Counted from the first letter of the stretch, positions 1 through 11,788 are shown. The stretch is 64,000 nt of DNA from Schmidtea polychroa (GCA_044892525.1 CM097885.1:235044001-235108000); one strand, 5' to 3'. A program made the numbers and translations. The notes: a model not told the origin generated them from the sequence alone.

Positions 1-689
<689 letters not shown>

Positions 690-868
690 GACTCCACCGT
701 TATTGTTGTATTGTGTGAGCACACACTCGTTATAATAATTAGCAATATGAATAGAGTTTTCATGGTGTATCAAATCAAAACCTTTCTTTTACATTTATAG
801 TCTATCAACCAATCAAAATCATCCGGTATTAGTATAAATAAAACATCATATTTTAAATTATTGTAAAA

Positions 869-1389
869 ATGTCTCAATTTATGGAAAATCTTTTAAGAGA
901 ACTCGTCAACAGGAATATTATGGAAAGCCTATGTTTCCTGGTCGATCGGACCGAAAAGATTATAGAAGGTAATCACATTGATTATGACGATGTGATCAAT
1001 TCTGATTGTCTCGAAACCAAAAAATTCTATTTTAATAGAATTTTTAACTGTCTATGCGACGATCAGATGAAGTGGACCCGAATACTAGTAGGGTTCGCTT
1101 ATATGAAAATAATAATCCAAAGAAGTCTATGGGACTCAGAGCACTATTATCAGTGGTCTCAAGAAGTAATACTTTTATAATTTATATTTTATTAATATTT
1201 ATTTTCTAGATAATCAAGTCAAAGTTTCAACCATGGATTGAAGCCAATGGCGGATGGGGAGTACTCAATCAACTCGCCAGAAATGCAAAAGAAATAGACG
1301 ATCAGAAAAGAAAATTTAAAAACTATGTAAAACTTGCAACAGGTGTTGCTATTTTGTATATTTTAACCAGATTTTTAAATAAAAATTAA
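869..1389 (+). CDS. Bcl-2 family protein (viral Bcl-2-like), 2 exons: 869-1165 and 1210-1389, 158 aa
   Basis: BH1-like LCDDQMKWTRILVGFAY in exon 1. A 44-nt GT..AG intron (1166-1209) joins in frame to IIKSKFQPWIEANGGWGVL (BH2) and a C-terminal hydrophobic anchor VKLATGVAILYILTRFL. AATAAA follows. Confidence 0.85.
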
Positions 1390-1472
1390 TATAGTTATTT
1401 TTGTTTGATTTTTAAATAAATTTTTAAATAACATTTTAAATAAATTTACAAACACTAATTAACTAAGATTTA

Positions 1473-1846
1473 TTAATTAACACATTCGCAGTCGTCATCT
1501 CCACATTTCATTATATTTTCAACGACATGATCAATACAATCATTCATAATATTATCTTTAGATTCATCTTTAGGTTCCTCTATAGGTTCCTCTATAGGTT
1601 CATAGATTTCCTCTTGAGTTTCTTCCTCATCAATTTCTTGAGTTTCTTCCTCATCATCAAATCCTGTATCTTGACTCTCAACTAACCAGCCGATATTTAA
1701 GGCATTTGTAATAGATAATATATCCTCCATTTTCACACCAGATATTTCTGCTAACTTTTCCAACAAAAAGTTGATTAAAAATTCTAAATAATAAATAATT
1801 CGGTAATTAATTAATCATGTTAACCTTTTTCTACAGTCATTTTCAT
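1473..1846 (-). CDS. Small acidic accessory protein, 2 exons (intron 1784-1824)
   Basis: Exon MKMTVEK joins through a 41-nt GT..AG intron in frame to EFLINFLLEKLAEISG...; Glu-rich repeats. Confidence 0.6.
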
Positions 1847-1974
1847 CACTTTAAAACTAAATTATAAGTTTGTTTATAGATTTTCTTTGTTAAATTTGCA
1901 TGTCATTTGCATTTATGTTGCAATTAATAAAGAGAAAAAAACAAATCTGACTAATACATTTATTAAATATAACA

Positions 1975-2385
1975 TTAAAATATTTGTGAAAGTCTAGCAG
2001 ACATAATTTTCCAAATAGGAGAATATACATCATTATTATCAACTTTATATCCCTGGATTGCAATTGTTATATACCAATTTTCATTTTCTTTGAAAGCGAT
2101 TTCATCAAAGGAATCATAAAATCTTGCATATTTATTGTTGAACCATGCATGTTGATTACACGATAGATTCGAATCTATCCGTTTAAAAACATCATCAATA
2201 GTTTTGACATCAATCATTGAAAGCGTGCCGGATAAGAATTCAAATTTAGTTGGAATTAGCTTGACTGGTGCAACCAATTTCATATTGATTTCTTCTTTCA
2301 AAAAATACATTTTGTAGTTGTGGAACATTTGAACTGGTTGTACCATTTCTTTAGGTTTTTCGGTGCTTGAAATTTTCTTGGTCAT
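1975..2385 (-). CDS. Hypothetical protein, possibly an OB-fold ssDNA-binding protein
   Basis: Clean ATG ORF. The beta-rich C-terminus WYITIAIQGYKV...SPIWKIMSA loosely resembles viral SSBs; function is a guess. Confidence 0.4.
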   Translation of the reverse strand: MTKKISSTEKPKEMVQPVQMFHNYKMYFLKEEINMKLVAPVKLIPTKFEFLSGTLSMIDVKTIDDVFKRIDSNLSCNQHAWFNNKYARFYDSFDEIAFKENENWYITIAIQGYKVDNNDVYSPIWKIMSARLSQIF

Positions 2386-2745
2386 CGTGAATAATGAATA
2401 AATTTAAATGTTACAGGGTTTTTATACCTTTGATTCATGCCTATCAACCAATCAGATTATAGCATGTCTTTGTTTAAATTGCATTCAAAATGCATTGATG
2501 TTGCATTGTCACATGTTCTATTTACAGATTTATTATTAATGTTTAAATTATTACATGTTTTGATATATGTACAGATTTATTATTAATATGTTTCATTATT
2601 ATTAATGTTTTTACTATTATTACTATTCATATTTCTATTACTATTATTATTATTATTACTATTATTATTATTACTATTATTATTTCAAATATAAAACACA
2701 ATAAAACACAATAAAAAAGATAAAACACAATAAAAAATACATTTA

Positions 2746-3158
2746 TTAATAACCCAAATCTACAATCTTGGAGTAGTGAAACCTTCTCAGAGTTTTCACT
2801 AACTCCCATTCGACATATCGCCGATATCGATCGGCGCAACATGAGCATCCGATGATGCACTGGTACTCTGGCTCCATTTGTTTGATGGTTCTGTTAATCT
2901 TTATATCCCACAGAAACTGGTGAAATACATCCATGATTCGAATTTGAGTCGCATAGAATATCAGATCTGGAATGATCTCAGGTTCGCGATCCTTGATAAT
3001 TTCAATAATTTGAGGATAATAATATTTTATCCTTTTTATCATAACTTCTAAATATTTCTCTAAAATAATAAATAGTAAATAATGTGAAAAAAAATTTTAA
3101 ATTTACCGGAATCGTCGATATCTTTCATGAGGGTTGCAGAGCTTGGTAATTTGTACAT
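2746..3158 (-). CDS. Hypothetical Cys-cluster protein, 2 exons (intron 3060-3106)
   Basis: Exon MYKLPSSATLMKDIDDS joins through a 47-nt GT..AG intron in frame to EKYLEVMIKRIK...; contains CIIGCSCC. Confidence 0.6.
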
Positions 3159-3231
3159 AGTGTTGAAAAAATGAATTCTAAACAAAAACCGTTTGTTTAA
3201 ATCAATCAATAACCAATTAGAAATTAACCAA

Positions 3232-3669
3232 TTAGAAATCGACCAATGAAATTATCTCATTTCGAACATTGTCAACAAATTCTCTATACTCCAAATTTCT
3301 CAACCCCAACATGACAACCTTTCCACTAGCAAACACGTTGACACATATAGGGTTATATTTTAATAGTCTTAGTGCCGGAAACAATTCCGGTTCAAACATA
3401 CAATCACATTTTTTCGACATGTTATATAGATTGATACTATGTCCCATATCCATAGTAACGGTAATTGATTGGATTTTAATATTATTTATTCGATATTGTA
3501 ATTTATTAATATCCAAAGGTTTCTTACATCCCATGATTCTGCATTTACCAGTCTTGAAAAATATTATCGGATATTTCCCACTTCTATCGATAATTTGCTG
3601 GGGTTTCCCTGGTGGGAACCTCATATTCGATACATCAAAATTTCCTCGATAATTTATATTTGCTAACAT
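3232..3669 (-). CDS. TATA-binding-protein (TBP)-like protein, divergent, core domain only
   Basis: Two TBP repeats: IIFFKTGKCRIMG and FEPELFPAL...VNVFASGKVVMLG (compare YEPELFPGL...IFxSGKVVLTG). Confidence 0.85.
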   Translation of the reverse strand: MLANINYRGNFDVSNMRFPPGKPQQIIDRSGKYPIIFFKTGKCRIMGCKKPLDINKLQYRINNIKIQSITVTMDMGHSINLYNMSKKCDCMFEPELFPALRLLKYNPICVNVFASGKVVMLGLRNLEYREFVDNVRNEIISLVDF

Positions 3670-3768
3670 TATTAAATCATTTATGAAAATTAGTCTTTAT
3701 ATACAAATTGAGCACGAGTTCATTAAATCATCGAATATAAACAAATACACATTTATAAAATATTTGAA

Positions 3769-4395
3769 ATGGAATTAAGAAATGATGCTGTATACCAAAT
3801 CGTTGGTCCGAGTGGTAGTGGAAAAACATTATTTGTTTGTAAATTACTAAAATCCAATTTATTCAAATCAAAATTCAACAGGATTTATTGGCATAGGGGT
3901 GCTGATGAAGAACATGGATTAACTCAATCAAGTTTCTGTAAATTAAAAAACATGAAAATAGTAAAGGGATTCGATAAAAACTGGTCCAGCCGATTAAAGA
4001 AAGGCGATGTCATTATTATCGATGATTTGTATCAAGAAGCTAATAAAGAAAAAGATTTTAATAATTTATTTACAAAGATTAGCAGACATGTCGGTGTAAC
4101 AGTTATTTTCATAACTCAAAATCTATTTCATCAAGGTGGGGCACATCGAACACGTAATTTAAATGTACAATATTTAGTCATTTTCAAGAATCCTAGAGAT
4201 GCAACAGTGATTGATTTTCTTGCACGTCAAGCATACCCTAACAATCGTAATTTTCTTATCAGTGCATTTCAAGATGCTACAAAAATACCTCATGGATATA
4301 TATTTCTTGATTTCACACAACAATGTCCCGATGATTTACGTGTAAAAACAGATATTTTCAACCCAAAAGGTGCCATGGTTTATAAACAAAGTTGA
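3769..4395 (+). CDS. Genome-packaging ATPase (A32/FtsK-HerA family)
   Basis: Walker A GPSGSGKT, Walker B IIIDD, SRH arginine finger and ITQ motif. Confidence 0.95.
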   Translation: MELRNDAVYQIVGPSGSGKTLFVCKLLKSNLFKSKFNRIYWHRGADEEHGLTQSSFCKLKNMKIVKGFDKNWSSRLKKGDVIIIDDLYQEANKEKDFNNLFTKISRHVGVTVIFITQNLFHQGGAHRTRNLNVQYLVIFKNPRDATVIDFLARQAYPNNRNFLISAFQDATKIPHGYIFLDFTQQCPDDLRVKTDIFNPKGAMVYKQS

Positions 4396-4413
4396 AAACC
4401 TCTATGAATAATA

Positions 4414-4947
4414 ATGTTTCTAAAAGCAAGGGTGAAAAATATTAGGAAATTAAGAAAAGGTATTAGAAAGACTATTAAAGTTCCAAAGGTTCCACCAACA
4501 ACTAGTTATACACCATCTAAAAAACTTGTAACTGAAAATTTCTCTGCAATGAATCTTATTTCGAAAAATCCTAAACCTAAACGTAAAACCCGTAAAACCC
4601 GTAAAACCGGTAAAAAAGTAGTTAAAAATCATCGCAGTTTTCCATTTTTTAATGCATTGTTAAAGGCTCCGAGTATGAAAAGAATGAATATATTGCAATC
4701 ATTCCCAAATTTTGTTGTCGATGATTTACTCAATATTATACTTAAAGTAGTCAAAGGCAAAATTAAAATCAGTAAATCAAAAAAGCATTTATTGAGCAAA
4801 CATAGGAAACCTTTATTATCTTTAGTAAATAATAAAAATCGTAAGCAAATGAGGAAAATTATATATAAACAACAAGGTGGATTTATTGGTGCCTTGATAC
4901 CTCTGGCATTATCATTATTAGGTGGAGTTGTAGGAAATCAATCATAA
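4414..4947 (+). CDS. Basic virion core protein (PW/adenovirus pVII-pX-like) with protease site
   Basis: Very Lys/Arg-rich; ends QQGG/FIGALIPLALSLLGG, an adenain-type GG site followed by a hydrophobic peptide typical of Polintons. Confidence 0.7.
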   Translation: MFLKARVKNIRKLRKGIRKTIKVPKVPPTTSYTPSKKLVTENFSAMNLISKNPKPKRKTRKTRKTGKKVVKNHRSFPFFNALLKAPSMKRMNILQSFPNFVVDDLLNIILKVVKGKIKISKSKKHLLSKHRKPLLSLVNNKNRKQMRKIIYKQQGGFIGALIPLALSLLGGVVGNQS

Positions 4948-4950
4948 ACA

Positions 4951-5178
4951 ATGGGTGCTAATCCTTCATTGCCCGACATTAAATTTAATTTTAAATCTTC
5001 TTGTTGTAATGGAGAAGATTTGGACGAACCCAGAAGACGAAGCCGGTTTCGGTGGAGTGGCAAAATTAAACAAAAGAGTTCCGAATTCGAAAAAAGAAAC
5101 CCAGAAGTGGTTATCAGATCAGCTTGCGTACAGTTTGAACAAACCAATGCGGAAAAGATTTCCAACAAGAGCGTATAA
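4951..5178 (+). CDS. Small putative myristoylated protein overprinted on the integrase start
   Basis: Starts 3 nt after the previous stop; MGANPS (G2/S6) plus a CC pair. Confidence 0.45.
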   Translation: MGANPSLPDIKFNFKSSCCNGEDLDEPRRRSRFRWSGKIKQKSSEFEKRNPEVVIRSACVQFEQTNAEKISNKSV

Positions 5179-5396
5179 AACATTTGGTATTGACGATTTA
5201 TGGCAAATGGATTTGATGGAGATGATACCATATTCGAAAATTAACAATGGGAATAAATATATTTTAACATGTATTAATGTATACAGCAGGTTTGCACGAG
5301 CAATACCAGTCAAGGCAAAATCTGCAGAAGAAATGTCCAAGGCAATTAATATTTTATTTAAAGATGGACATCCTAATAATTTGCAAACAGATTTAG

Positions 5397-5467
<71 letters not shown>

Positions 5468-6097
5468 TTAGGTAAAGAATTCTACAATAGCAAAGTTAAG
5501 CAAATCCTCGATAAACTGAAAATAAATCACTACTCGGTACATTCTCAATACAAAGCTGCCCATGTTGAAAGATTTAATCGAACATTGAGAGATAGATTAA
5601 AGAAATTGTTCGTGCATCAAGGTAATAAAAAATGGGTAAATGCTTTACCGAAAATAATAACAAGTTATAATCATTCATCACATCGAGGACTGAATGGATT
5701 GAGACCGGTTGATATTACATCAAAAACACCATTATCTAAAAAATCTGTAAAAATTGCAAAACCTAAATATAAAGTCGGTGACCATGTTAGAATTAGTAAA
5801 ATTAGTGCATCACCATTTATTAAAAATTTTGATACAAATTGGAGTGATGAAGTCTTTGTAATTTCAAAAATAAATACTAAACAGAATCCTGTAATGTATG
5901 TCATCAAAGACAATGATAATAATATTGTACAGGGGAAATTTTATGAGCAGGAATTACAAGTCATTCCTCCCCCAAAAGTATTTAGAATTCAAAAAATATT
6001 GAAAACTAAAAAGGTCGGTAAGGATAAACAATACTATATCAAATGGCACGGTTATCAAAACCCGTCATGGATATCGTCAAAAGACCTAGTAAAATGA
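5009..6097 (+). CDS. Retroviral-like (rve/DDE) integrase with C-terminal chromodomain; intron 5397-5471
   Basis: WQMDL, LQTD(LG)KEF and ERFNRTL catalytic motifs; chromodomain IQKILK...YYIKWHGY..PSW. The poly-Ile stretch is a 75-nt GT..AG intron. Confidence 0.95.
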
Positions 6098-7098
6098 ATT
6101 TTTATATTATTTTACCTAGCAATAGCTGTCCACTTATTCATCCAGATAATAAAGCCAGCAAATTCAGGGTCAATCTTCAAAATCCGATATATTTGGATAA
6201 TAGCTGGGAAGTTGCTCTGTTGGATTTTACATTTGTATACCAAGCCTTTCCATTTTATAGTAAGGCTAAAATTGGATACAAAAAGAATGAGTGGCAGGAT
6301 AGATTATTGTCTATGATCATTGATAATGCAGATGATGAAGTTCGGTTGTCTAACTCAACTGATCCAGCTGTGAAAATGTATATTAACCATTCATATATAG
6401 TAGTTGAATGTAAACATTATCCTTTTACTGTAAAATTTGATAGTTTGGAAATGGCAAAACGATTGGAATTAAAAACCCAAAGTCATAAAGTTCTTTCCGA
6501 TAAATTCACTATGCTACGACCGGGATATTCCAAAACTGTACAGCGATTTGAACCAATTTTATTTACAGTTTCATATCCGGGTATAACGTCTGGTACATTT
6601 GAGTTCAAAGATAATTTATACATTTCGAAATTGGATGAATTACAGACATATTTAAAACAAAGTGGTTTATTTAAATCATTGGAAATATCAGACAGATTCA
6701 AATTCAGTTTGAATCCCGAATTTACTGAAATTACTTTTGATGCAAATCTAATAAAAACATTAGGATTATCAAAAGCAACATATGCTCAAGATGATCAAGG
6801 TACCCTAGCTCCGAAAATAATTAAACTTCACCAACAAATGTTCATCTATAGTAATATTGTTGATCCTGTAATTGTTGGCGATTCTTTGGTCCCACTCCTG
6901 AAATCTGTTTGGATTGAAAAATATGAACATGATGAAGTAGTCAATATAAATATCGATAATCCCATGTATTTACCTGTGTCAACCTCATGTATAAACAATA
7001 TAGAAATAAATATACGTGATGATTCTGGTAAATTAATCGCATTTCCAAAAGATTCAAAAACTCATTTAACATTACATTTTCGTAAAGTAGATGGCTAA
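6094..7098 (+). CDS. Minor capsid protein (penton, PX)
   Basis: MNFYIILPSNS...FRVNL..PIYL...WEVAL and FIYSNIV.P.IVGD..VPLL...P.Y.PV....I.I.IRDD.G motifs; ATGA overlap with the integrase stop. Confidence 0.9.
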   Translation: MNFYIILPSNSCPLIHPDNKASKFRVNLQNPIYLDNSWEVALLDFTFVYQAFPFYSKAKIGYKKNEWQDRLLSMIIDNADDEVRLSNSTDPAVKMYINHSYIVVECKHYPFTVKFDSLEMAKRLELKTQSHKVLSDKFTMLRPGYSKTVQRFEPILFTVSYPGITSGTFEFKDNLYISKLDELQTYLKQSGLFKSLEISDRFKFSLNPEFTEITFDANLIKTLGLSKATYAQDDQGTLAPKIIKLHQQMFIYSNIVDPVIVGDSLVPLLKSVWIEKYEHDEVVNINIDNPMYLPVSTSCINNIEINIRDDSGKLIAFPKDSKTHLTLHFRKVDG

Positions 7099-7456
7099 TT
7101 CGGATATTATAAGTATGTATAGTGGTAGCCAATCTGGCGGTGAATTACCATATTTTATTGGTAAACAGTACGGATCAGGATGGTTGAGAACAATTGGTAG
7201 ATTTGCACTTCCTATTCTTAAACGTATTGGTAGTTTTGGTATGAAAACTGCTAAAGATGTTATTATGAATGAACAGAAAATATTACCATCTCTAAAATCA
7301 AATGCTTTAGCAGAATTAGGGAAAGTTTTACCCGGGGTTGCAGGTATGTTTCAAAAACCAGCTCCAGCTCCAGCTCATGCTCCAAAACGTAAAAGACATG
7401 GAATATCACGTATAAACAAACGAATGAAAGGCCATGGAACTATATTTGCAAAATGA
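7091..7456 (+). CDS. Small protease-processed amphipathic/basic virion protein (pVI/cupiennin-like)
   Basis: QSGG and QYGSG sites followed by the amphipathic helix WLRTIGRFALPILKRIG; basic tail. Confidence 0.7.
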   Translation: MANSDIISMYSGSQSGGELPYFIGKQYGSGWLRTIGRFALPILKRIGSFGMKTAKDVIMNEQKILPSLKSNALAELGKVLPGVAGMFQKPAPAPAHAPKRKRHGISRINKRMKGHGTIFAK

Positions 7457-8676
7457 TTTGTGGGAAATCTGAATTATGTATATTTGATAGACCGTCGCCC
7501 CAGGCTGTAATAGAATTTGGGGCGTTTGAGGAAGTTTTTCCAATGAATTCAATTACTGATAGTAGAAATGATATAGAGTTTTATATTAATGGTTCGCAAA
7601 CTGAATATTTAGATTTGAACGATACTTTATTGACTGTTCAGATCAAGGTTATAGATAAAGATAAAAAAGCTTTGGGTGATGCTGCTGATGCAATACCGAA
7701 CAATTTCATGTTTCATACTCTTTTTAAAGATGCTGTGTTGGGATTTAATAATATCAAGATTGAAGGTGGTAATAATACATTCATTCACAAGGCTTTGATA
7801 GAAACTATTTTAAATTACAATTCCGATACTAAAAATACATGTCTTACTCCAATGGGATATGCTGCAACCGACGATGAAAGAAAAAAGTGGATTAAAGGCT
7901 CAAAAACATTCACCATGTGTTCATCGTTACAACTCGATTTTATGGATCAACCGAAATATTTGCTTCCAGGAGTTAATGTCCACATTCGATTGAAAAGATC
8001 CGATTCTGCACTAACTCTTACTAGTGCTACAGGTGCACCAATATGTCAATTAGTTGATGCAAAATTATTGGTGAGAAGAGTTCGAGTAGACCCCTCAGTA
8101 TTAGCTGGTCATCAATTGGGTCTTAATTCAAAACATGCAATTTATCCATTAAAAACAAAGGAAATTGTACAATTTGCTATTGCTAAAGGTGCTTCATCAT
8201 TCTATAAAGAACAAATATTTGGTGACAGAAGAATGCCTAATTTTATTCTGATAACATTTCAAAGTGAAGCACAATATAATGGATCATATACTGCGTCCAG
8301 CTCAATTTTCAAAAACTTTGGTGTTACATCATTGACTTTGTCGAAAAATACTGATTATAGAGAAACATATATTCAAGATTTCGAGAATGACAATTACTGC
8401 GCGACATATATGCAGAGTATTGTTAGAAATCTCGGTTATTTAGATAAAAATTTGAATTGCGGAATAACACTAGAAGAATTTAAAAGCAAATACCCATTTT
8501 TTACATTTGTTTTAGCCCCTGATTTTGATTTAAATCAAAGTCAATTACCTCAAAATGGAAATTTACGACTGGATATAAAGTTTGCAAAAGCTATTACTGA
8601 ACCAGTACATGTTATAATATATGGAGTATTTGAAAATGAAGTTCAAATTACTGCAAATAGAACAGTGTTGGTATAA
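7453..8676 (+). CDS. Major capsid protein (double jelly-roll, PY/hexon)
   Basis: KSEL.IF...PQ..IE...IEF.I.G...YLDL..T.L N-terminus and GNLRLDIKF C-terminus typical of Polinton major capsid proteins; 407 aa, intact. Confidence 0.92.
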   Translation: MICGKSELCIFDRPSPQAVIEFGAFEEVFPMNSITDSRNDIEFYINGSQTEYLDLNDTLLTVQIKVIDKDKKALGDAADAIPNNFMFHTLFKDAVLGFNNIKIEGGNNTFIHKALIETILNYNSDTKNTCLTPMGYAATDDERKKWIKGSKTFTMCSSLQLDFMDQPKYLLPGVNVHIRLKRSDSALTLTSATGAPICQLVDAKLLVRRVRVDPSVLAGHQLGLNSKHAIYPLKTKEIVQFAIAKGASSFYKEQIFGDRRMPNFILITFQSEAQYNGSYTASSSIFKNFGVTSLTLSKNTDYRETYIQDFENDNYCATYMQSIVRNLGYLDKNLNCGITLEEFKSKYPFFTFVLAPDFDLNQSQLPQNGNLRLDIKFAKAITEPVHVIIYGVFENEVQITANRTVLV

Positions 8677-9088
8677 ATGTATACAGAAACACAAAAAGTT
8701 ATCATGGAGTAAGTTGTTTTTTATACTCTGGATTTATTTAAATAGTTCTGTTCAGGTCAATAAAATCGGAAAACAGATATTGGGAAATGAATTTGTTGGA
8801 GTTTTTCCTCTTGATAAAATTCCATATTTGAGCAATAATCAAGCAATAATCGTCAATACTCAATCGTCTCATCTTGGTGGAGAACATTGGATAGCTATAT
8901 ATGTGAAACCTGGTAATATATTCGTGTTCGATCCTATGGGTTTCTATTACCCAGCTTTGTTGATATCAAAACTACAAACAATGGGAAAACCTATTGTGTA
9001 TAATAAAACTATGTTTCAAAATCCTTTGACCCAAACATGCGGTCAACATTGTTTAGCTTGGTTATTGTACAAAAAATTTGATGTTTAA
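8677..9088 (+). CDS. Adenain-type (C5) cysteine maturation protease; probable intron 8709-8745
   Basis: GEHWIA, FDPMG and Q....TCGQHC catalytic motifs. Splicing GTAAGT..AATAG gives (MYTETQKVI)MDSVQVNKIG. Confidence 0.88.
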
Positions 9089-9164
9089 AGAAAAAAATGT
9101 TTAATAAATTTGATGTTTAATAAATGTATCCTTTCCTTTGTTGTTGTGTTATTATTATTATTAA

Positions 9165-9201
<37 letters not shown>

Positions 9202-9560
9202 ATTATTAATATTATTATTGTGAAAAATATTATTATTTTTAATTAATTTTATTATTATTCTAATAAATATTATTATTTGTAACATAAAGACTGCCTTTGC
9301 ATGAGGCATGCACAGTGCAAGTTAACAAAGGCATGACTAACAAAGGCAGTCACATGTAATTCTGACTGATTTACATTACATACATGCATGCGTGTGATTG
9401 GTTGAGAGAGTAAAATATTCAATGTATATGTGTGTGTGTCTATATTCTCATTGGCTGGGACAGGAAAATATTCATTCTCTTTATAAACATTGACAAATCT
9501 AAAATTTGTCACAATTATTTCAAAATTTTTCAAATTTCAATTTCAATTTTAAAAATCTAA

Positions 9561-10886
9561 ATGGCTAACAATAATAAAAATGGAATTCTAAGAAATCTTT
9601 TGACGACAATGGGTAATTTATTTTATTTTATTTTATTATATTTTATTTTATTATTATTTTAGAACCATTCGATTGGTACGATGTAACGGAAGATGACTCG
9701 ATATTAACAGTGGATAAGATCTTCGGTAAATTTATTATTATAATTTTTAATAAATTATTTTTTTTCAATTCAGAAAATGCTTCAAATAGCGACGATGATG
9801 TCGTCTTTATCGGGGAAAGTAATGCTCCTAATAAGATCTTTGGTAAATTTATTATTATTTTTTTTATTAAATTATTTTTTTTTCAATTCAGAAAATGTTT
9901 ACAATAGCGACGATGATGTCGTCTTTATTGGGCAAACTGATGCCCCTAATTATGCCCCTAATTATGCCCCAGTTCTCAAAGAAAAAAGTAAATTTTATTA
10001 TTATTTCTATTAAATTAATTTTCATTTCAGAAAATGTTTTAAATGTTGATATTGACGAAGAAGAAATTAATGTCCTCGCATCGGATGATGGTGAAATCTG
10101 TGAGAATGATGGGCAAATCTCATCGGATGATGATCAAATCTCAGAGAATGATGGGCAAATCTCATCGGATGATGGTCAAATCTCAGAGAATGATGGGCAA
10201 ATCTCTGAGAATGATTCCGACATGGAATCAAAATGTAAGAAATATTTATTTTTATATATATATTTTGTTTTTTATTTATATGTTAAATTTGTAATAACTT
10301 ATTTAAATATTTTGATAAAAAACTTTTTTAAATATTTTAATAAAAATTATGATGAAACTTCTGAAGAAAATGATTTTATGATTTATAATGAAAATATACC
10401 GAAAAATTATGAAGAAAAATGATTATATGTTTTATAAAGAAAATGATGAAAATATGACGAAAATTATGATGAAGAAAATTATGAATTTATGATGAAGAAA
10501 ATAGGATGAAAATCAATTATGATGAAAATGATTTACAACCAAAATTATGATGAAAATGATTTATGATGATATAATGAAAATGAATTATGATGAAGATATG
10601 ACGAAAATTATGATGAAAATGATTTATGATGATATAATGAAACTTCTGAAGAAAACTATTTTATGATGAAAATTATTTATACCGAAAATTATGAATTTAT
10701 GATGAAAATGATTTATGACCAAAATTATGATGAAAATGATTATACTAAGTTTCTGAAAGTTATTATTATCAAAATATTTAAAAAGTGATTACAAATTATG
10801 GTTATAAATCCTTGTAGTTTGCAATGTGCATCTACAATAGTTAAAATAATAATAATAATAATATTAATAATAATAATAATAATAAT

Positions 10887-10920
<34 letters not shown>

Positions 10921-11288
10921 TAGTCTACAGTGAGCATGTAGCTACATAGTAGTCTGCAGTGAGCATGCAGCTACTTTTCTTTTATATAATAATAATAATA
11001 TATAAATAATAATTAGACCCCGTCTACAGTAGTTTGCAGTAAGCATGCAGCTACATAGTAGTCTGCAGTGAGCATGCAGCTACTTTTCTTTTATATAATA
11101 ATAATAATAATATAAATAATAATAATAATAATATAAATAATAATAATAATAATAATAATATATAAATAATAATATAAATAATAATAATAATATATAAATA
11201 ATAATCAGACCCTGTCTACAGTAGTTTGCAGTAAGCATGCAGCTACATAGTAGTCTGCAGTGAGCATGCAGCTACTTTTCTTTTATAC

Positions 11289-11331
<43 letters not shown>

Positions 11332-11788
11332 TATAAATAATAATCAGACCCCGTCTACTAAAATCTCTCTAATATTCTATCGAATATATTAACCTATTTT
11401 CTATAATGATTTATCATCATTTGTTATTTAATTCAAATGAACTATATAACAAATGATGATAAATCCTTGTAGAAGTAACAATTAGTTTTCTATATAGAAA
11501 AAAAAAACAATAAAATTTTAATTTTATTATTTAACAGGTATACTATACCCGAACTATTGTCAAACATCAATTGGACATAGTGATAAATGTCATAGAACAA
11601 TGACAAAATATTACCGAAAAAAGTTTAATTCGGTCAACTTTTTTATATGCCCCAAATGTGTAACGAGCGAAAAAATAAAATATAGGGAATTTTTTAATAA
11701 ACATCATAATCACTTAGGGCAATTTTCGATATCAAAAAATGTTTTATTTAAAAAAATAAATAAAAAATTAAATAAAAAAAAAAATTAG
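9561..11788 (+). CDS. Spliced acidic multi-SIM leader (exons 9561-9612, 9663-9725, 9774-9842, 9892-9987, 10031-10234) plus a Zn-finger exon from 11538; probable 5' part of the pPolB gene
   Basis: Five consecutive phase-1 GT..AG introns keep one open frame. DDDVVFIG occurs twice. The exon at 11538 (CILYPNYC..H...CH..FICPKC) and its acceptor are conserved in the relic near 42570. Confidence 0.7.
10340..10745. repeat. Degenerate GATGAAAAT(G/T)ATTTAT minisatellite
   Basis: Many short imperfect copies are visible. Confidence 0.7.
10919..11360. repeat. Copies of TAGTCTGCAGTGAGCATGCAGCTA interspersed with AAT tracts
   Basis: About 6 copies of the motif that also forms the array at 15813-16029. Confidence 0.85.

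Noticed and set aside
3269..3652. Antisense ORFs over real genes (also within 26274-30708, 46098-46418 and 52742-58011)
   Set aside because: Shadow frames of codon-biased genes with no motifs of their own.
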